A DNA stretch of 64,000 nucleotides, taken from assembly GCA_951406725.2 (NCBI GenBank), contig OX597823.1, forward strand, positions 86,552,001 through 86,616,000, given 5' to 3'. Under the pieces are notes generated by a model. That model did no database searches. It was not told where the DNA came from and was given only the letters and a program-made list of their open reading frames with translations. Shown piece after piece: positions 12,222 to 28,080 of the stretch. Each line of letters opens with the position of its first letter. The first letter of the stretch is position 1. Source of the DNA: Octopus vulgaris (taxonomy: Eukaryota). The translations under genes and the position numbers were made by a program.

Positions 12222-13192
12222 ATATATATATGTATGCTGTATATATATATACATATGCATGCATGTGTATATATCTATATCTATATCTATATCAATATAT
12301 ATATATATATATATGTATATGTATATATATATACACATATGTGTATATATCAATGTATATATTTGTATATTTGCATTTATGTATATATGTATATACGTAT
12401 ATATATATATATATGTATGTGTATATATGTATGTATGTGTATATAGATGTTTATATGCATGTATATATGCGGACATATGTGTGTATTTATATGTATGTGT
12501 GTATGTATGTATGCATGCATGTGCATATTTATATGTATGAAATATATTTGCGCCTTTGTATATATCTATCTTCATGAATTATATATGTATGTGCGTTGTG
12601 TGTGTGTGTGTGTGTGTGTGTACATACACATAAAGTGGGAAAAATATTTACACGTTGAGAACGCATTAACAACTGTTCGTCACGACGCTATCTAAGTATT
12701 TAATTAAATAGAAAAAAAAGTGTAATTATTGAAAATCTATCGTACAACACGTTTTAATAGTAACATTTCCTTTTAAGAGCTGGCGATAAAACATATAATA
12801 TCGTTGCGATTTACGACTTTTCAGTTTTTTATTCCTCTCCAAATTATATTTTGTCGTTGACGCATTAAAACTGACATCTTATTCTCATGGCTTGATTGTT
12901 CAGCGACAACCTTGTTCTCGCTTTATTTAAGAGAGAGAAATATGGAGGAATATTAGGCTTGCGTTTTACATATGTTTATGTATGTGTAGATGTCTAATAA
13001 GCATACACCTCTCTACTTCTTTATATATGAGCGTGGGGGGAGGGAGGGATGCATGTGTTTCTGCGTGCGCATGCTTGCATGTGCATAATTGCTTATGTTG
13101 CTTATATTTAAATCTATCTCAGCATATATACATATACACACACACACGTACACAAACACATATTTATACAAACATACATACACACATACACC

Positions 13193-13236
<44 letters not shown>

Positions 13237-13865
13237 CACATATACTAACACATATATATATACATATGTGTGTATATGCGTGTGTGTATCAGTATGTGTG
13301 CATATGCAGATATGTAAGTATATCTACGTACTTTTACGTATATATACATACACACACACACGCACGCACACGCACACACACACTTATATTTATATACATT
13401 TAAATACTGTCTCTTTCTCTGTGGGTGAGGGGGATGTGTATGCATTTAAATATGCGGAAACAGATGGAGTAGGCTATGCAAGGACGAAATCAACACTTGA
13501 TATAACGAATTACAGAGTTTCTACGTGTTTTAGGCATGCGTGCCTCTCTGTGTATTTAAAAAAGAAAGTGTAAAGCATCATCTTACTCAGAGCTTCATAT
13601 CCACGAGGAAAAGATATCCTCATAGCATCCCTTCCAGTATTTCCGGTATAAGACTCACACTGGCACCAAGATCATTACTTTTTTTTAATAATACTTTGTA
13701 TTTACATAATGAATCGTATACATATTTAGGAAAGCAACTGAAATTTTATTATCAGAGACTAATATTTGCCATGATTATCATGAAACTTATCAATGGTGTA
13801 ACTGAAAGTATTTTGAATTTCACCTGAACGTTTTTGACAAAGTATCACCAAAACCCCTCTCTCTT

Positions 13866-14265
13866 TACTCTCTTTTACTTGTTTCAGTCATTTGACTGCG
13901 GCCATGCTGGAGCACCACCTTTAGTCGAGCAAATCAACCCCGGGACTTATTCTTTGTAAGCCCAGTACTTATTCTATCGGTCTCTTTTGCTGAACCGCTA
14001 AGTGACGGGGACGTAAGCACACCAGCATCGGTTGTCAAGCAATGCTAGGGGAACAAACACAAACACACAAACACACACACAGACACATATATATATATAC
14101 ATATATACGACAGGTTTCTTTCAGTTTCCGTCTACCAAATCCACTCACAAGGCATTGGTCGGCCCGGGGCTATAGCAGAAAACACTTGCCCAAGATGCCA
14201 CGCAGTGGGACTGAACCCGGAACCATGTGGTTGGTTAGCAAGCTACTTACCACACAGCCACTCCT
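13866..14265 (-). mobile_element. SINE family B
   Basis: Near-identical reverse complement of 24208-24622. Confidence 0.9.
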
Positions 14266-14694
14266 AAGGACAATTAAGTAAAAAAAAAAAATTTAAAAAA
14301 AAGGTAAAAACAGAGACGATTCGTAATCTGCCTTCTTTTGAAATCAGGAACGAATATCATCCGTACAAACGTGCGGCATTTAGAGTACTGAGTGATTTGC
14401 GAACATCATTAGTCCTGAAAATCGAATTATATCTCACAGTGACATCTCACGCAGCCATCATGAGCAGTGAGGACGTACTGCACACAGAGTTCATGTGCCT
14501 ATTATACACACACATAATTTGTCTGTGTGTCTCTTTGTATCTCTCACACACAGTTCTGTAAGAATAATTACATATACACATACATACACACACACACACA
14601 CATGTGTGAGTGTGTGTGTGTGTATATATATATATAAACAACTATATATACAATTATATATATGTATATATATGTATATATGTATGTATGCAAG

Positions 14695-15045
14695 GCAACT
14701 TGGGTAAGTGATTTCTACTATAGCCTCGGGCTGACGAAAGCCTGGTGAGTGGATATGGCAGACGGAAACTGAAAGAAGCCTGCTGTGTATATGTATATAT
14801 ATATGCGTGTGTGTGTGTGCATGTATGCATATGCTTGTGTGTGTTTCTCCCTCCTAACATCGCTTGACAATCGATGGGGGTATGTTTACGTCCCCATAAC
14901 TTATTTACAAAATAAATCTTACAAATGAACCGATGGAATAAGTACTAGGCTTACAAAGAATAAAGCCTGAGGTAGATTCGTTCGAGTAAAGGCAGTGCTC
15001 CAGCATGACCGCAGTCAAATGACTGAAGCAATTAAAAGAATAAAA
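14695..15045 (+). mobile_element. SINE family B, 5'-truncated
   Basis: Core, internal microsatellite and tail present. Confidence 0.8.
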
Positions 15046-15076
15046 GAATATATATACATATGTATAAATAAGCATG

Positions 15077-15111
<35 letters not shown>

Positions 15112-15112
15112 A

Positions 15113-15147
<35 letters not shown>

Positions 15148-15349
15148 TTTGTATATATACATATATATATGTCTATGTGTATATATATATATGTTTGTGT
15201 ATATATATATATATGTGTGTCTGTATGTATATATATACATGTATATATATATATAAATGTATATATATATAGATATATATATATATGTCTATAAATATAT
15301 GTATATATAAGTATGTCTGTCTTTTATGTTTTATGTTTTATGTTTTATG

Positions 15350-15710
15350 TTTTACTCTTTCACTCATTAGACTGCAACCAAGGCACGGCATCGCCTTGAA
15401 TTTTAAGTCAAATAAAATCAACCCCAGTACTTGTTTCTTTAAGAGTGGAAACTATTCTATCGGTGTCTTTTGCCGAACCGCTATTTCTCAGGTACACAAA
15501 AACACAAACAGCCCTTGTGAAACGGGAGTATGGGAGGTACTAAAACATACACAAAAACACACATATACGTCGAGCTTCTTTGATTTTTCCCTGTACCAAA
15601 TCGAATCACATGGCTTTGATTGGCCCGTGGTTTCAGTAAAAGATATTTGCCCAAAGTGCAATGCAGTGGGACTGAACCCGAACCCATCTGGTTTGGAATG
15701 AAGCTTCTCG
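15350..15710 (-). mobile_element. SINE family B, degenerate
   Basis: GCAGTGGGACTGAACCCG and CTATCGGTGTCTTTTGCCGAACCGCT segments. Confidence 0.7.
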
Positions 15711-16426
15711 TTTGTATGAGTGTGTGTGTTTTTGCTATGGCTGTTGTATGTGTAAGTTTGCGTTAGTGCTTCTGTGTAAATGTGTGTATGTTTGTGTTTA
15801 TGTGTGTGTGTGTGTGTTATATTAACACTCGACTATTTTCAAGTTTAAACATTTTTATTAAGGAACTTTTTTTCATATATAATAATCTCCTATCCTCCAT
15901 TTCCTGATGAATTCTTTTTGCTTGGTTTGGAACCTTTTGAGCTCCTAAATCCTATAATCTGTCATTACAAAAATTTCGCAATTAGGTTTTGAGAACAAGC
16001 TTTTGCCTAGTCTACGTCTACCTCTTTTGAAGAAAATCATTCCAATGGACGTTACGAACGTTATTTGCAAACAACATCCCTCACTCGCAAATTCAGACAT
16101 CTGAAAAATTTCAATTACGAAATTTGTCATATTTATAATTCGTTTGAGACTGAAACCCCTCCCTATTTACACGCACACAAACACACAAACAGACATACAC
16201 ACGCGCGCGTCCATGCACACACATACATATAAACACACACACACATACATACATACATACATACATACATACACACACACATACATACATAGATACATAC
16301 ATACATACATACACGTAATAAAGAAATATATGCATGCATGTGTTTATATATATTAGGTAGGTGAGAAAGAACACAACAAGCAGAAATCAGCAAAACACAG
16401 CATACGAAAGGGCAAACACAAGATAC

Positions 16427-16924
<498 letters not shown>

Positions 16925-16935
16925 GAACATATATA

Positions 16936-17105
16936 CGAGGGTTTGCTGTAACATTTCTGGTTTTGGGTAATCCTCTTAGATTCACACACTCATTGCAGCG
17001 GGTCCACCAGTTTTTCTAATACCTAAACAAGGACTCGAAAGGTTGGGCTTCCAACCAGGCCTTTCGCAATACCGTTAAAGCCAGGAACATTTGAGTAACC
17101 CCTCG
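16936..17105 (-). mobile_element. Mariner-derived MITE
   Basis: TA|CGAGGGTTTGCTG..GTAACCCCTCG|TA termini; same family as 46750-46966. Confidence 0.8.
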
Positions 17106-17124
17106 TATATATATATCTATATAC

Positions 17125-17340
17125 ATTTCACCATGAGAGATCGCTAGACACGACACATTCTTTATTTATCTTCTCTTCTTTATTTTCTCTCCTTTTTTTC
17201 TTTCTGTGTTCCTTTCTGTAGAAGAGCGAAGGCTCGAAACGTTAAAGACTTTTTCACTTCTCGAGCGCTATACTAATAGATCTGTTTGTTGTCTACACCA
17301 CCTGTCTTCGACTTTTGTTTTGTTTTGTGAATTCTACCTA
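17125..17340 (+). mobile_element. (TA)n-embedded short element with hammerhead-like motif at 17212-17247
   Basis: CTTT-CTGTAGA-A-GAGC GAAG GCTC-GAA-ACGT-T-AAAG. Confidence 0.55.
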
Positions 17341-17459
17341 TATATATATATATATATATATATGCCTGTGTATATATATATTACACATGCATACACACAC
17401 ACATATGTGTGTATACGTTTAAATAATATACACATATGTTTATTTATATGCATATATGT

Positions 17460-17670
17460 GATCTCTTGAGCACCACCAGCAAAAAATTTTTTTTTTCCTC
17501 TGTCTTCCCTTCTCGGGATCTTTCCTTCTCCTTGTTTCCGACGAAGAGCTCCGCTCGAAACGTTAAACCCTCCTTCCCTTCTTTCCTGAGCGTCAAATAA
17601 TACTTTAATTGTTCCACGTCCTCGCGTTGTTGTGTTCTTTCTGTGTTTTTTTCTGTGTTTTCTTGTTTTG

Positions 17671-17672
<2 letters not shown>
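17460..17672 (+). mobile_element. (TA)n-embedded short element with hammerhead-like motif at 17534-17568
   Basis: GTTT-CCGACGA-A-GAGC TCC GCTC-GAA-ACGT-T-AAAC; its 3' end recurs at 20248-20300. Confidence 0.6.
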
Positions 17673-17711
<39 letters not shown>

Positions 17712-17949
17712 TCAGCTCGCGGTGCTCCAGCATGGCCACTGCCTTTGGACTGAAATGTATGAAACAATAAAAGAATATATCCATACACGCCTGCATAAAC
17801 GCACATACACATGCCTTTATTTTAGATTCCTATTCTTCTGTACTGCATATATGGACCGCCAATGTACATAATGGTTCTCTCATTTGGTGGTTGAATACAA
17901 ATCTGTCCTCGGCGGAAATGCACTTACAACGCAATGTGGCGGGGGAAAT

Positions 17950-18545
17950 ATTCGTTTCTACTCTAGGCACAAGGACCGAAATTTTTAGGGAGGGGGCCTG
18001 TCAATTAAATCGATTCCAGTACGCAACTGGTACCTAATGTTTAGACCCTGAAAGGATGAAAGTGAAAGTCGACCTCGGCAGAATTTGAACTCAGAACGTA
18101 ACGGCAGAAGAAATACTGCTAACCATTTCGCCGGGCGTGCTAACGATTCTTATTTCTTTATTGACCACAAGGGTCTAAACATAGAGGGGACAAACAAGGA
18201 CGGACAAGAGGAGTAAGTCGATTACATCGACACCAGTGCCTAACTGGTACTTAATTTATCAACCCCGAAAGGATAAAAGGCAAAGTCGACCTCGGTGGAA
18301 TTTGAACTCAGAACACAAAGACAGACGAAATGTCGCTATGAATTTTAGCCGATGTGCTAACGATTTATAGACGGGAAAAAATGTTGGTTTTCAAATTTTG
18401 GCACGAGGCCATCAATTTCAGGGGATACGGGTTAAGTAGATTACATCGATCCTACTACTCAACTGGTGCTTATTTTATCGACCCCGAAATGATAAAAGGC
18501 AAAGTCGATCTCGGCGGAATTTGAACTCAGAACTTAAAGACAAAA
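17950..18545 (-). mobile_element. Three tandem SINE family C units
   Basis: Three AAAGTCGA(C/T)CTCGG..GAATTTGAACTCAGAAC cores. Confidence 0.85.
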
Positions 18546-18989
18546 ATTACTGCCACTGCTCACTGCAGTTTCTGCGATTGACTTCTGTCGCGTAACGACC
18601 AGGATTCACTTGTTAGATGATCAGAGTCACTCATTCCTGAAGGAATCTATAGTACAAGTGGGTGAGTAATCCACGAATCCAGGTCACTCGTCGCATAATT
18701 CTCGGACAGAATCGGAGTGGGACAAGTCCGTATCCTTTTGAATTTAGAATGTAATCTTTTCGAGGCCCAGACACAGTTTTTCTTCAATTTTTCTCAAGAC
18801 GTATGGCTTTATCCAACAGTATAAAATAGATAGGTATTCAAGATGTCCGGCAATAAGATCGAAATCAAGACGTCTGGTCAGCAAAGTAAACATCACAATC
18901 ACTTGTTCTTACTGTGCCTACAAAGCAATCTGACGATTCAATTTAAAGAAAATTAGACATGTAATTCATACAGGCACACTTATACACAC

Positions 18990-21660
<2,671 letters not shown>

Positions 21661-21669
21661 TATGTTTGA

Positions 21670-22105
21670 GTTTGTTTCACTCATTGGACTGCAGCCATCT
21701 TGGTGTACCGCCTTGCACGGTGTAACCGAGCAAATCGACCACATGACTTCTTTGTACGCCTGGTAGTTATCCTACTGATATCTTTTGGCAAACCGTTATA
21801 TTCTGTGGAGTTAAGCAAACCAGCACCGGTTGTCAAAACATAGGAGATGGGACATACACATAAAGAATGACTTAGACACACAGAGATATATACATTCTGT
21901 TACTGTATAGGCACAGGCGCTGATGTATCGTAAGAAGTTAGCTTCTCAGTCATGTGTTTCCGAGTGGCTCCTTTCAGTTCCCGCCTTCCTAATCCACCAT
22001 GAAAGCTGTGCTCCCCTCTGGGCATAGTAGAATAGAGTTGCCCAATGTTCCATGCAATGGGACTGATCCATGACCGGATCTATGTTGTTGGAAAGTTAGC
22101 TTTTC
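21670..22105 (-). mobile_element. SINE family B, degenerate
   Basis: ACCGAGCAAATCGACC, ACCAGCACCGGTTGTCAA and GCAATGGGACTGA segments. Confidence 0.6.
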
Positions 22106-22330
22106 GTGGAGAAATTTTGTTGTACACATGTTAACATAACTTGTTCCCTACATACGTTTCAACATTGTGTTCTTTTATAACTTCTGCATTGGATGTTCGA
22201 AGTGACTAGCAGCCGTGTGTGTGTGTGTGTGAGTATACACATACATACACATGCACACATTCATACACACATACATACACGGACACACACACACATACAC
22301 ATACACACATACACACATATATATATATAT

Positions 22331-22490
22331 AACAGCCGAAACTGATGAAAGGTCGATCTTTGTGTTGTTTGTCTTGTTTTCCATTGTTTCTTTCGTTGTT
22401 CGCAAAAAATGTTCATATTCCATGTCCTCGTACTTCATATGCTTTTCGCTTACGTTTTGGGACGTCTTGTGCCCAGATATGCATATACAT
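22331..22490 (+). mobile_element. Short (TA)n-associated repeat (family of 10232 and 36845)
   Basis: CAGCCGAAACTGATGAAAGG..TTCGTTGTTCG..GACGTCTTGTGCCC. Confidence 0.55.
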
Positions 22491-22533
22491 ATATACGTAT
22501 ACATGTATGTATGTACGTATACGTATATATTTA

Positions 22534-22590
<57 letters not shown>

Positions 22591-22954
22591 CTAATTTACC
22601 TTTCGACCATTACTATCCCAGTTCATGTCTAAGCTATTAGCCTCACATGACGAAGTCATTTATGCTATATATTACGATATCAGAGTCCAATTAAGCAGGC
22701 AGTTGTTGATCGAAATGTACTCTGATATCGATAGTTTGTTGGTATTTATTGAACTAAATTTCCCGGTACAGTATAAATCTTGGGAGATCTTTATTAACGT
22801 TGATTTTTTTCAGGATAAATTTGAATAAAGCAGAATCAGTAGATTGAAAATATTGTGTGGCCGTGTTATTATGCGAATTTGACATTTGCAAGGAGTGACT
22901 GACACGGGACTCTGGTGTAGGGAATTTGTAACCTTGTTACAGGTACCATTTACA

Positions 22955-23220
22955 CCGGTGGTTCCGAACCGAGGGTCGATATGACCCTTATGGGTCCATA
23001 CGTTCATTGGAGATCCACTTAAGATTTCTTTGTTAAAATTTGTGTGCAGTAAATTGGTTATTTACTCAAAATATTTAAATATTTTTTATACAATTTCTCA
23101 TAAATTTTAAGGATAAAAATATGATAAGGATTTTTTAAACATCGAACACCTATGAGGGTCCAGTAGAATGAAATACGAATGAAAGGGATTCATTGGTTAA
23201 TAGAATGTTGCTGCTGTTTT
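22955..23220. mobile_element. hAT-like MITE, degenerate
   Basis: CCGGTGGTTCCGAACC terminus; internal similarity, in inverted orientation, to 48326-48576. Confidence 0.55.
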
Positions 23221-23409
23221 GATGCAATGTGTTAATGGAATGTTGCTGTTCTGATCGCTACATATCTTGTAGTAGTCTCCCGTCCGCATATACGAGTGTT
23301 TGAGCTTTTCAAAGCGTTCCTTGTGACCAAGCCCCGTAATACCATCTATTTATGTATTCATTTTTTATTAACTTTGTAATTGACCACTGTGAGGTTTCAA
23401 TTCTCATTT

Positions 23410-23414
23410 TCGTG

Positions 23415-23445
<31 letters not shown>

Positions 23446-23720
23446 TCGTCTTTGTGCTCGTATATGTCCTCCGCAACCGCTTGTCAACCGATGCACAATT
23501 AGGTCATCGTAATCGAGTGGATTGGTAAAAGAGACCGATAGAAAAAGAAGCAGATTTTACAAAAAGAAAAAAAAAAAACATTAATTAATAAATTGGGTCG
23601 ATTTGTTCGACTAAAATTATTTCAATAAATTGGGTCGATTTGTTCGACTAAAATTATCTCAAGGTGGTGCCCCAGCATGGCCGCAGTCTAATGACTGAAA
23701 AAAGTGAAAGATGAAGGATA
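23410..23720 (+). mobile_element. SINE family B 3' half with internal ~37-bp tandem duplication
   Basis: ATAAATTGGGTCGATTTGTTCGACTAAAATTAT occurs twice; tail GGTGGTGCCCCAGCATGGCCGCAGTC. Confidence 0.75.
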
Positions 23721-24120
23721 ATCTGTGACCAGAGATTACTCTAGAGATTAGCTAGAGGTGATACAACCAGTGTTTAATTCCTTTAGGACAATAGCTGAAA
23801 AATTAAGTAAACTATTGCGATATGATGCTGAGGAGCGAAGAATTTTATTTAAAAATTATTTTTATATAATATTCAGCATTCAAAGTATTTAACTTACTTG
23901 TTTTATCTAAATTTATCTTTCTTCTTTTTACGATTAATCAATAATTATATTTTCAATTTATAAGATAACAGCTTTTAATATATTCTATGATTTTGCTTTT
24001 CTACTGATTTCTGTCTTTTTTCTTTCTTTCTTACCTGTAAAATATAATTTCTCCAGATTTTTTTTGTTTATAACTCCTTTTTCACTGATTTACCAATAAC
24101 AGTTTTCTACCTAGCTACCC

Positions 24121-24207
<87 letters not shown>

Positions 24208-24209
<2 letters not shown>

Positions 24210-24622
24210 CGCAGGAGTGGCTGTGTGGTAAGTAGTTTGCTAACAAACCACATGGTTCCGGGTTCAGTCCCACTGCGTGGTATCTTGGGCAAGTGTCTTC
24301 TGCTATAGCCCCGGGCCGACCAATGCCTTGTGAGTGGATTTGGTAGACGGAAACTGAAAGAAGCCTGTCGTATATATGTATATATATATATATGTATGTG
24401 TGTGTGTTTGTGTGTCTGTGTTTGTCTCCCTAGCATTGCTTGACAACCGATGCTGGTGTGTTTATGCCCCCGTCACTTAGCGGTTCGGCAAAAAGAGATC
24501 GATAGAATAAGTACTGGGCTTACAAAAAGAATAAGTCCCGGGGTCGAGTTGCTCGACTAAAGGCGGTGCTCCAGCATGGCCGCAGTCAAATGACTGAAAC
24601 AAGTAAAAGAGTAAAAGAGAGA
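24208..24622 (+). mobile_element. SINE family B, full length
   Basis: Complete head, core, microsatellite and tail. Confidence 0.92.
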
Positions 24623-24675
24623 GTATATATATATATATCCATCCATCTATCTATCTATCTGCCTATCTATCTACC

Positions 24676-24736
<61 letters not shown>

Positions 24737-25240
24737 GTATATGCTATATACACACACACACACATGTGTATATATATATATATATAGTTATGTATATATG
24801 TTAAATATAGATATGTATATATGTATATATATATTAAATATATATATGTATGTATATATATATATATGTGTGTGTGTTAAATATATATATATATATATAT
24901 ATATATTTAACAAAGGCGGCTATATGCTATACATAATCAAAAAAGAAAAAAAAATCCGTTGTCACTAATCGTCACTGACGCTGAAGAGTAGTACCTACAT
25001 TACTAGAAGTAAAAGGTAGAAGCTACTAAATCCGCAAGAAAAGTCTATGCACTGACAGAGAGGGAGATCATCAAACATGTCTAATTTCACTTTGAAGTAA
25101 ATGCTTGTCAATGATGACTATTCCATCTCTGAATAGTTTGGCTAAATCTCGACTGTTTCATTTTAACATGCAAGGGAAATAATCCATTTGCCCAGATTAT
25201 ATATATATATATATATAGAGAGACATCTGCATCCACCCCA

Positions 25241-25291
<51 letters not shown>

Positions 25292-25296
<5 letters not shown>

Positions 25297-26270
25297 CTGC
25301 AAAAGCAGAAATTTAATTTACTGCATCAAATGCCCAAATTGTGAAGAAATATATGTAGGTCAGACGGGAAACGCACTATTAGAACGCTCACGTGTACACC
25401 GGCAACAGATTAGAGACCCAAAGGTCCGTCAGATACCTTTGAGTAACCACCTAGCAACATGTGGTCGGAAAATATATATAATATTTCCATTCTACAAATT
25501 ACACAGCCCAAGTGAAATCGAGAGGAAAATCAGAGAAAAGAATTTTATTGATAAATTCGAACCCAAGCTAAATAAGCAATAATAATAATACTTAGAGGTA
25601 TTACTTCCACTGCTACGACCATGACCACTAACAACAACAACAATACTAAAGGTGATCAAGACGAAGATAGCAGGAAAATTATCTTATTTAGGGTTAAAAG
25701 TTCTATTGCCACCACCATCACCACTAGCAACAATAATTAAGGTGCTGACAATGATGATGATGACAATTGAAATATAAAAATATAAAAATCTCTGACAAAG
25801 GATATTTACAACATTTCTAAAAATAACCCAACAATTGCTGCTTCGGCCAGGGTCAAGATACAGGACTCTTGACCTGTCCAACAAAGCGTGATGCCTAAAC
25901 CAATCAGCTCAACCAACCAATCAGCTTAAGTAATTGAGTGATACTACACACTGATTGGTCAGAATACAGTTTGCAAAACCTAGCACTCTGGAGCCTACCC
26001 AGCTGTATTTATAGCACAGAATCACTCATCTTGCTACAGTCAAAAATTGTGAAGCATGGCTGTCAACACTACTACATGAACCCGAAGATTGCAGAATTCA
26101 ATGCATGAAAGTACTAGTTCAATCAGAATGAATATTTAACATTCTACTATTTCATTTTATTTTATTCAATTATAATATATTATCTTATAATATATCATTA
26201 TAAGATTGTAAATAAAACGTGAAAATCAGACAAGGTTGGAATTCTTTTTATTAATATATTCTTCTATACA
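25292..26270 (+). mobile_element. Penelope-like element 3' fragment: GIY-YIG endonuclease ORF (25292-25582) plus pLTR region
   Basis: NCKSRNLIYCIKCPNCEEIYVGQTG..ERSRVHRQQI..REKNFIDKFEPKLN is a Penelope-type GIY-YIG; flanked by (TA)n; downstream hammerhead motif. Confidence 0.88.
26077..26121 (+). ncRNA. Minimal type I hammerhead ribozyme motif
   Basis: Stem I TGAAC/GTTCA, core CCGAAGA, stem II TGCA/TGCA, GAA, palindromic stem III AGTACT, then A17. Confidence 0.7.
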
Positions 26271-26298
26271 CAATCACACACACCCATATATATATATA

Positions 26299-26352
<54 letters not shown>

Positions 26353-26356
<4 letters not shown>

Positions 26357-26607
26357 TGGGGTGGATGCAGATGTCTTTAAAATAAAATTGGATCTCTTCC
26401 TGTCAGGTGTCCCAGATGAACCAAATTCACGGCAGGAGGTGCAGATGAGAGCAGCTGCATCAAACTCTCTCGCGCACCATATGTCAATTGCTAAAAATCA
26501 TTCGTGAAGTAAAATCATGTAACAACACCGAATGGCGGTGCCCCAGCATGGCCACAGCTCATGAGCTGAAACTAGATAAAATAAAATAAAATAAAAAAAT
26601 AAATAAA

Positions 26608-26608
<1 letters not shown>
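26353..26608 (+). mobile_element. CR1/L2-group LINE 3' end
   Basis: HGVDADVFKIKLDLFLSGVPDEPNSRQEVQMRAAASNSL, 3' UTR motif and (TAAAA)n tail; homologous to 38745-39156. Confidence 0.75.
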
Positions 26609-26665
<57 letters not shown>

Positions 26666-26667
<2 letters not shown>

Positions 26668-26902
26668 CACTCCTGGTCACAACCTAGGACTTTGAAGACT
26701 GCTATAATGCAAGAAAGTATACTAGTCCCTTAATATTTAATATTGTATATTTTATATTCAATATTTTATCAATTCAATAAAACAATGCTTCATTTTATTT
26801 TACTATATATGCATATATTATTTATACTATATATTCTATATTCTACATTAATATTATAAAGAATATAAGACATAAAAAACAGTGTCGGAATTTCTTTGAA
26901 TT
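26666..26902 (+). mobile_element. Second Penelope-like pLTR fragment with degenerate hammerhead (26686-26729)
   Basis: GGAC-T-TTGAAGA-CTGC..GCAA-GAA-AGTATACT-A-GTCC; AT-rich tail resembles 26130-26255. Confidence 0.55.
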
Positions 26903-27169
26903 ATATATATATATATATATCTTTATGTATGTGTGAGAGTGTGTGTGCATTCGTGTATATATATATATACATGTACATACACACACACACTCACGCACTT
27001 ATAATGCGACAGTAAATACTTTTTAGTTTGTAAGTTATTGGGTTTCTGCAATCTTCGATGAAACTTGTCACTCCTGTACGTTCATGAAATTCGCACCAAA
27101 ATACAGTTCCAGTTCGATCCCACTCAAAGACAACCAGATTATGTGTCTTCCGCCCTCCTTAGTTTCATC

Positions 27170-28080
27170 TTAGTGTGCGACGGGGCTTCTCGATTACATC
27201 GAATCTAATGCTTAACTAGTAGGGATTTTATCAACCCTGAAAGGATGAAAGGCGAAGTCGACTTCGGATAAGTATGAACCCAGATCGTAAAGACGGACCA
27301 AATGTTGCTAAGAATTTTGCTCGTTGCGGTGTCCATTCTGTCAGCTCGCCACCTTAAATAAAAAATTAATATTGGTTTCAATTTTTGGTACAAGATCAGC
27401 AGTATTGGGGTAGGCCGTAGATTCGCCATCTTCTATAGGAAGAATTAATACTGAAGTACAGTGACTTGCACAGTCTATGTGGCGATAACTTTTCCTGTAA
27501 TGTTTGATAACTTCAAGGCGGCTTGGTGCTAGAATCGGTAACGAACAAAATGTTTAGGGACATCTCTTCGACATCTATGCTCTGCGTTCAAATTCCGCCG
27601 TGGTCGACTTTGCCCTTCATTCTCTCGCGGGTTCGATAAAATGAAGTACCAATTGTCGATGCAAGCGACTAGCCTCCTCTCCCAAAATTTCAGGCCTTTA
27701 TAATAAATGTGTGTATACGTCGGACGATCAACCGTTGTCACCGAATAAAATTTAGCTCATGTACAGACATACCGTTTCGCATGAGTGACAGGATCAGTAT
27801 CATCTCAGAATCATGCTTCGAGTTCTTCTGGAATGATTCGACTTAGTGTATACATTTTCGAAGATGCAGAATATGGCTGAATCATTGGTATGCCGTACAA
27901 AATATTGAGCAGCATTACTTCCCGTTGTATTTTATGAGTTTAAATTCCTACGAGGTCGACTTTGCCTTTCATCCTTTCGTAGGCCGATGAAATAAAGAAC
28001 TAGCCGAGTATTGGAGTTGATGTAATTGCCTATCCCTCTTTCCCAAATTCATAGGTCTTCCATCTAGTGTAGAAAGAAAC
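27170..28080. mobile_element. Cluster of degenerate SINE family C copies on both strands
   Basis: Cores at about 27240 (-), 27600 (+) and 27955 (+). Confidence 0.7.
27720..27875 (+). repeat. ~160-bp direct repeat, copy 1 (copy 2 at 30211-30375)
   Basis: TCGGACGATCAAC..ACAGACATACCGTTTCGCATGA..TTCTTCTGGAATGATTCGACTTAGT is shared. Confidence 0.9.

Noticed and set aside
14042-14281. Recurrent peptide SFSFRLPNPLTR..RGYSRRHLPK (also 24155, 54563, 55255)
   Set aside because: Antisense translation of SINE family B, not a gene family.
24980-25060. CTGAAGA..stem..TAAA hammerhead-like pattern
   Set aside because: GAAA is absent and there is no convincing stem I or III.
27755-27835. Minus-strand GCATGA..TCATGC-GAAAC..GTC resembling a hammerhead half
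   Set aside because: No CUGANGA adjacent to stem II in either copy.
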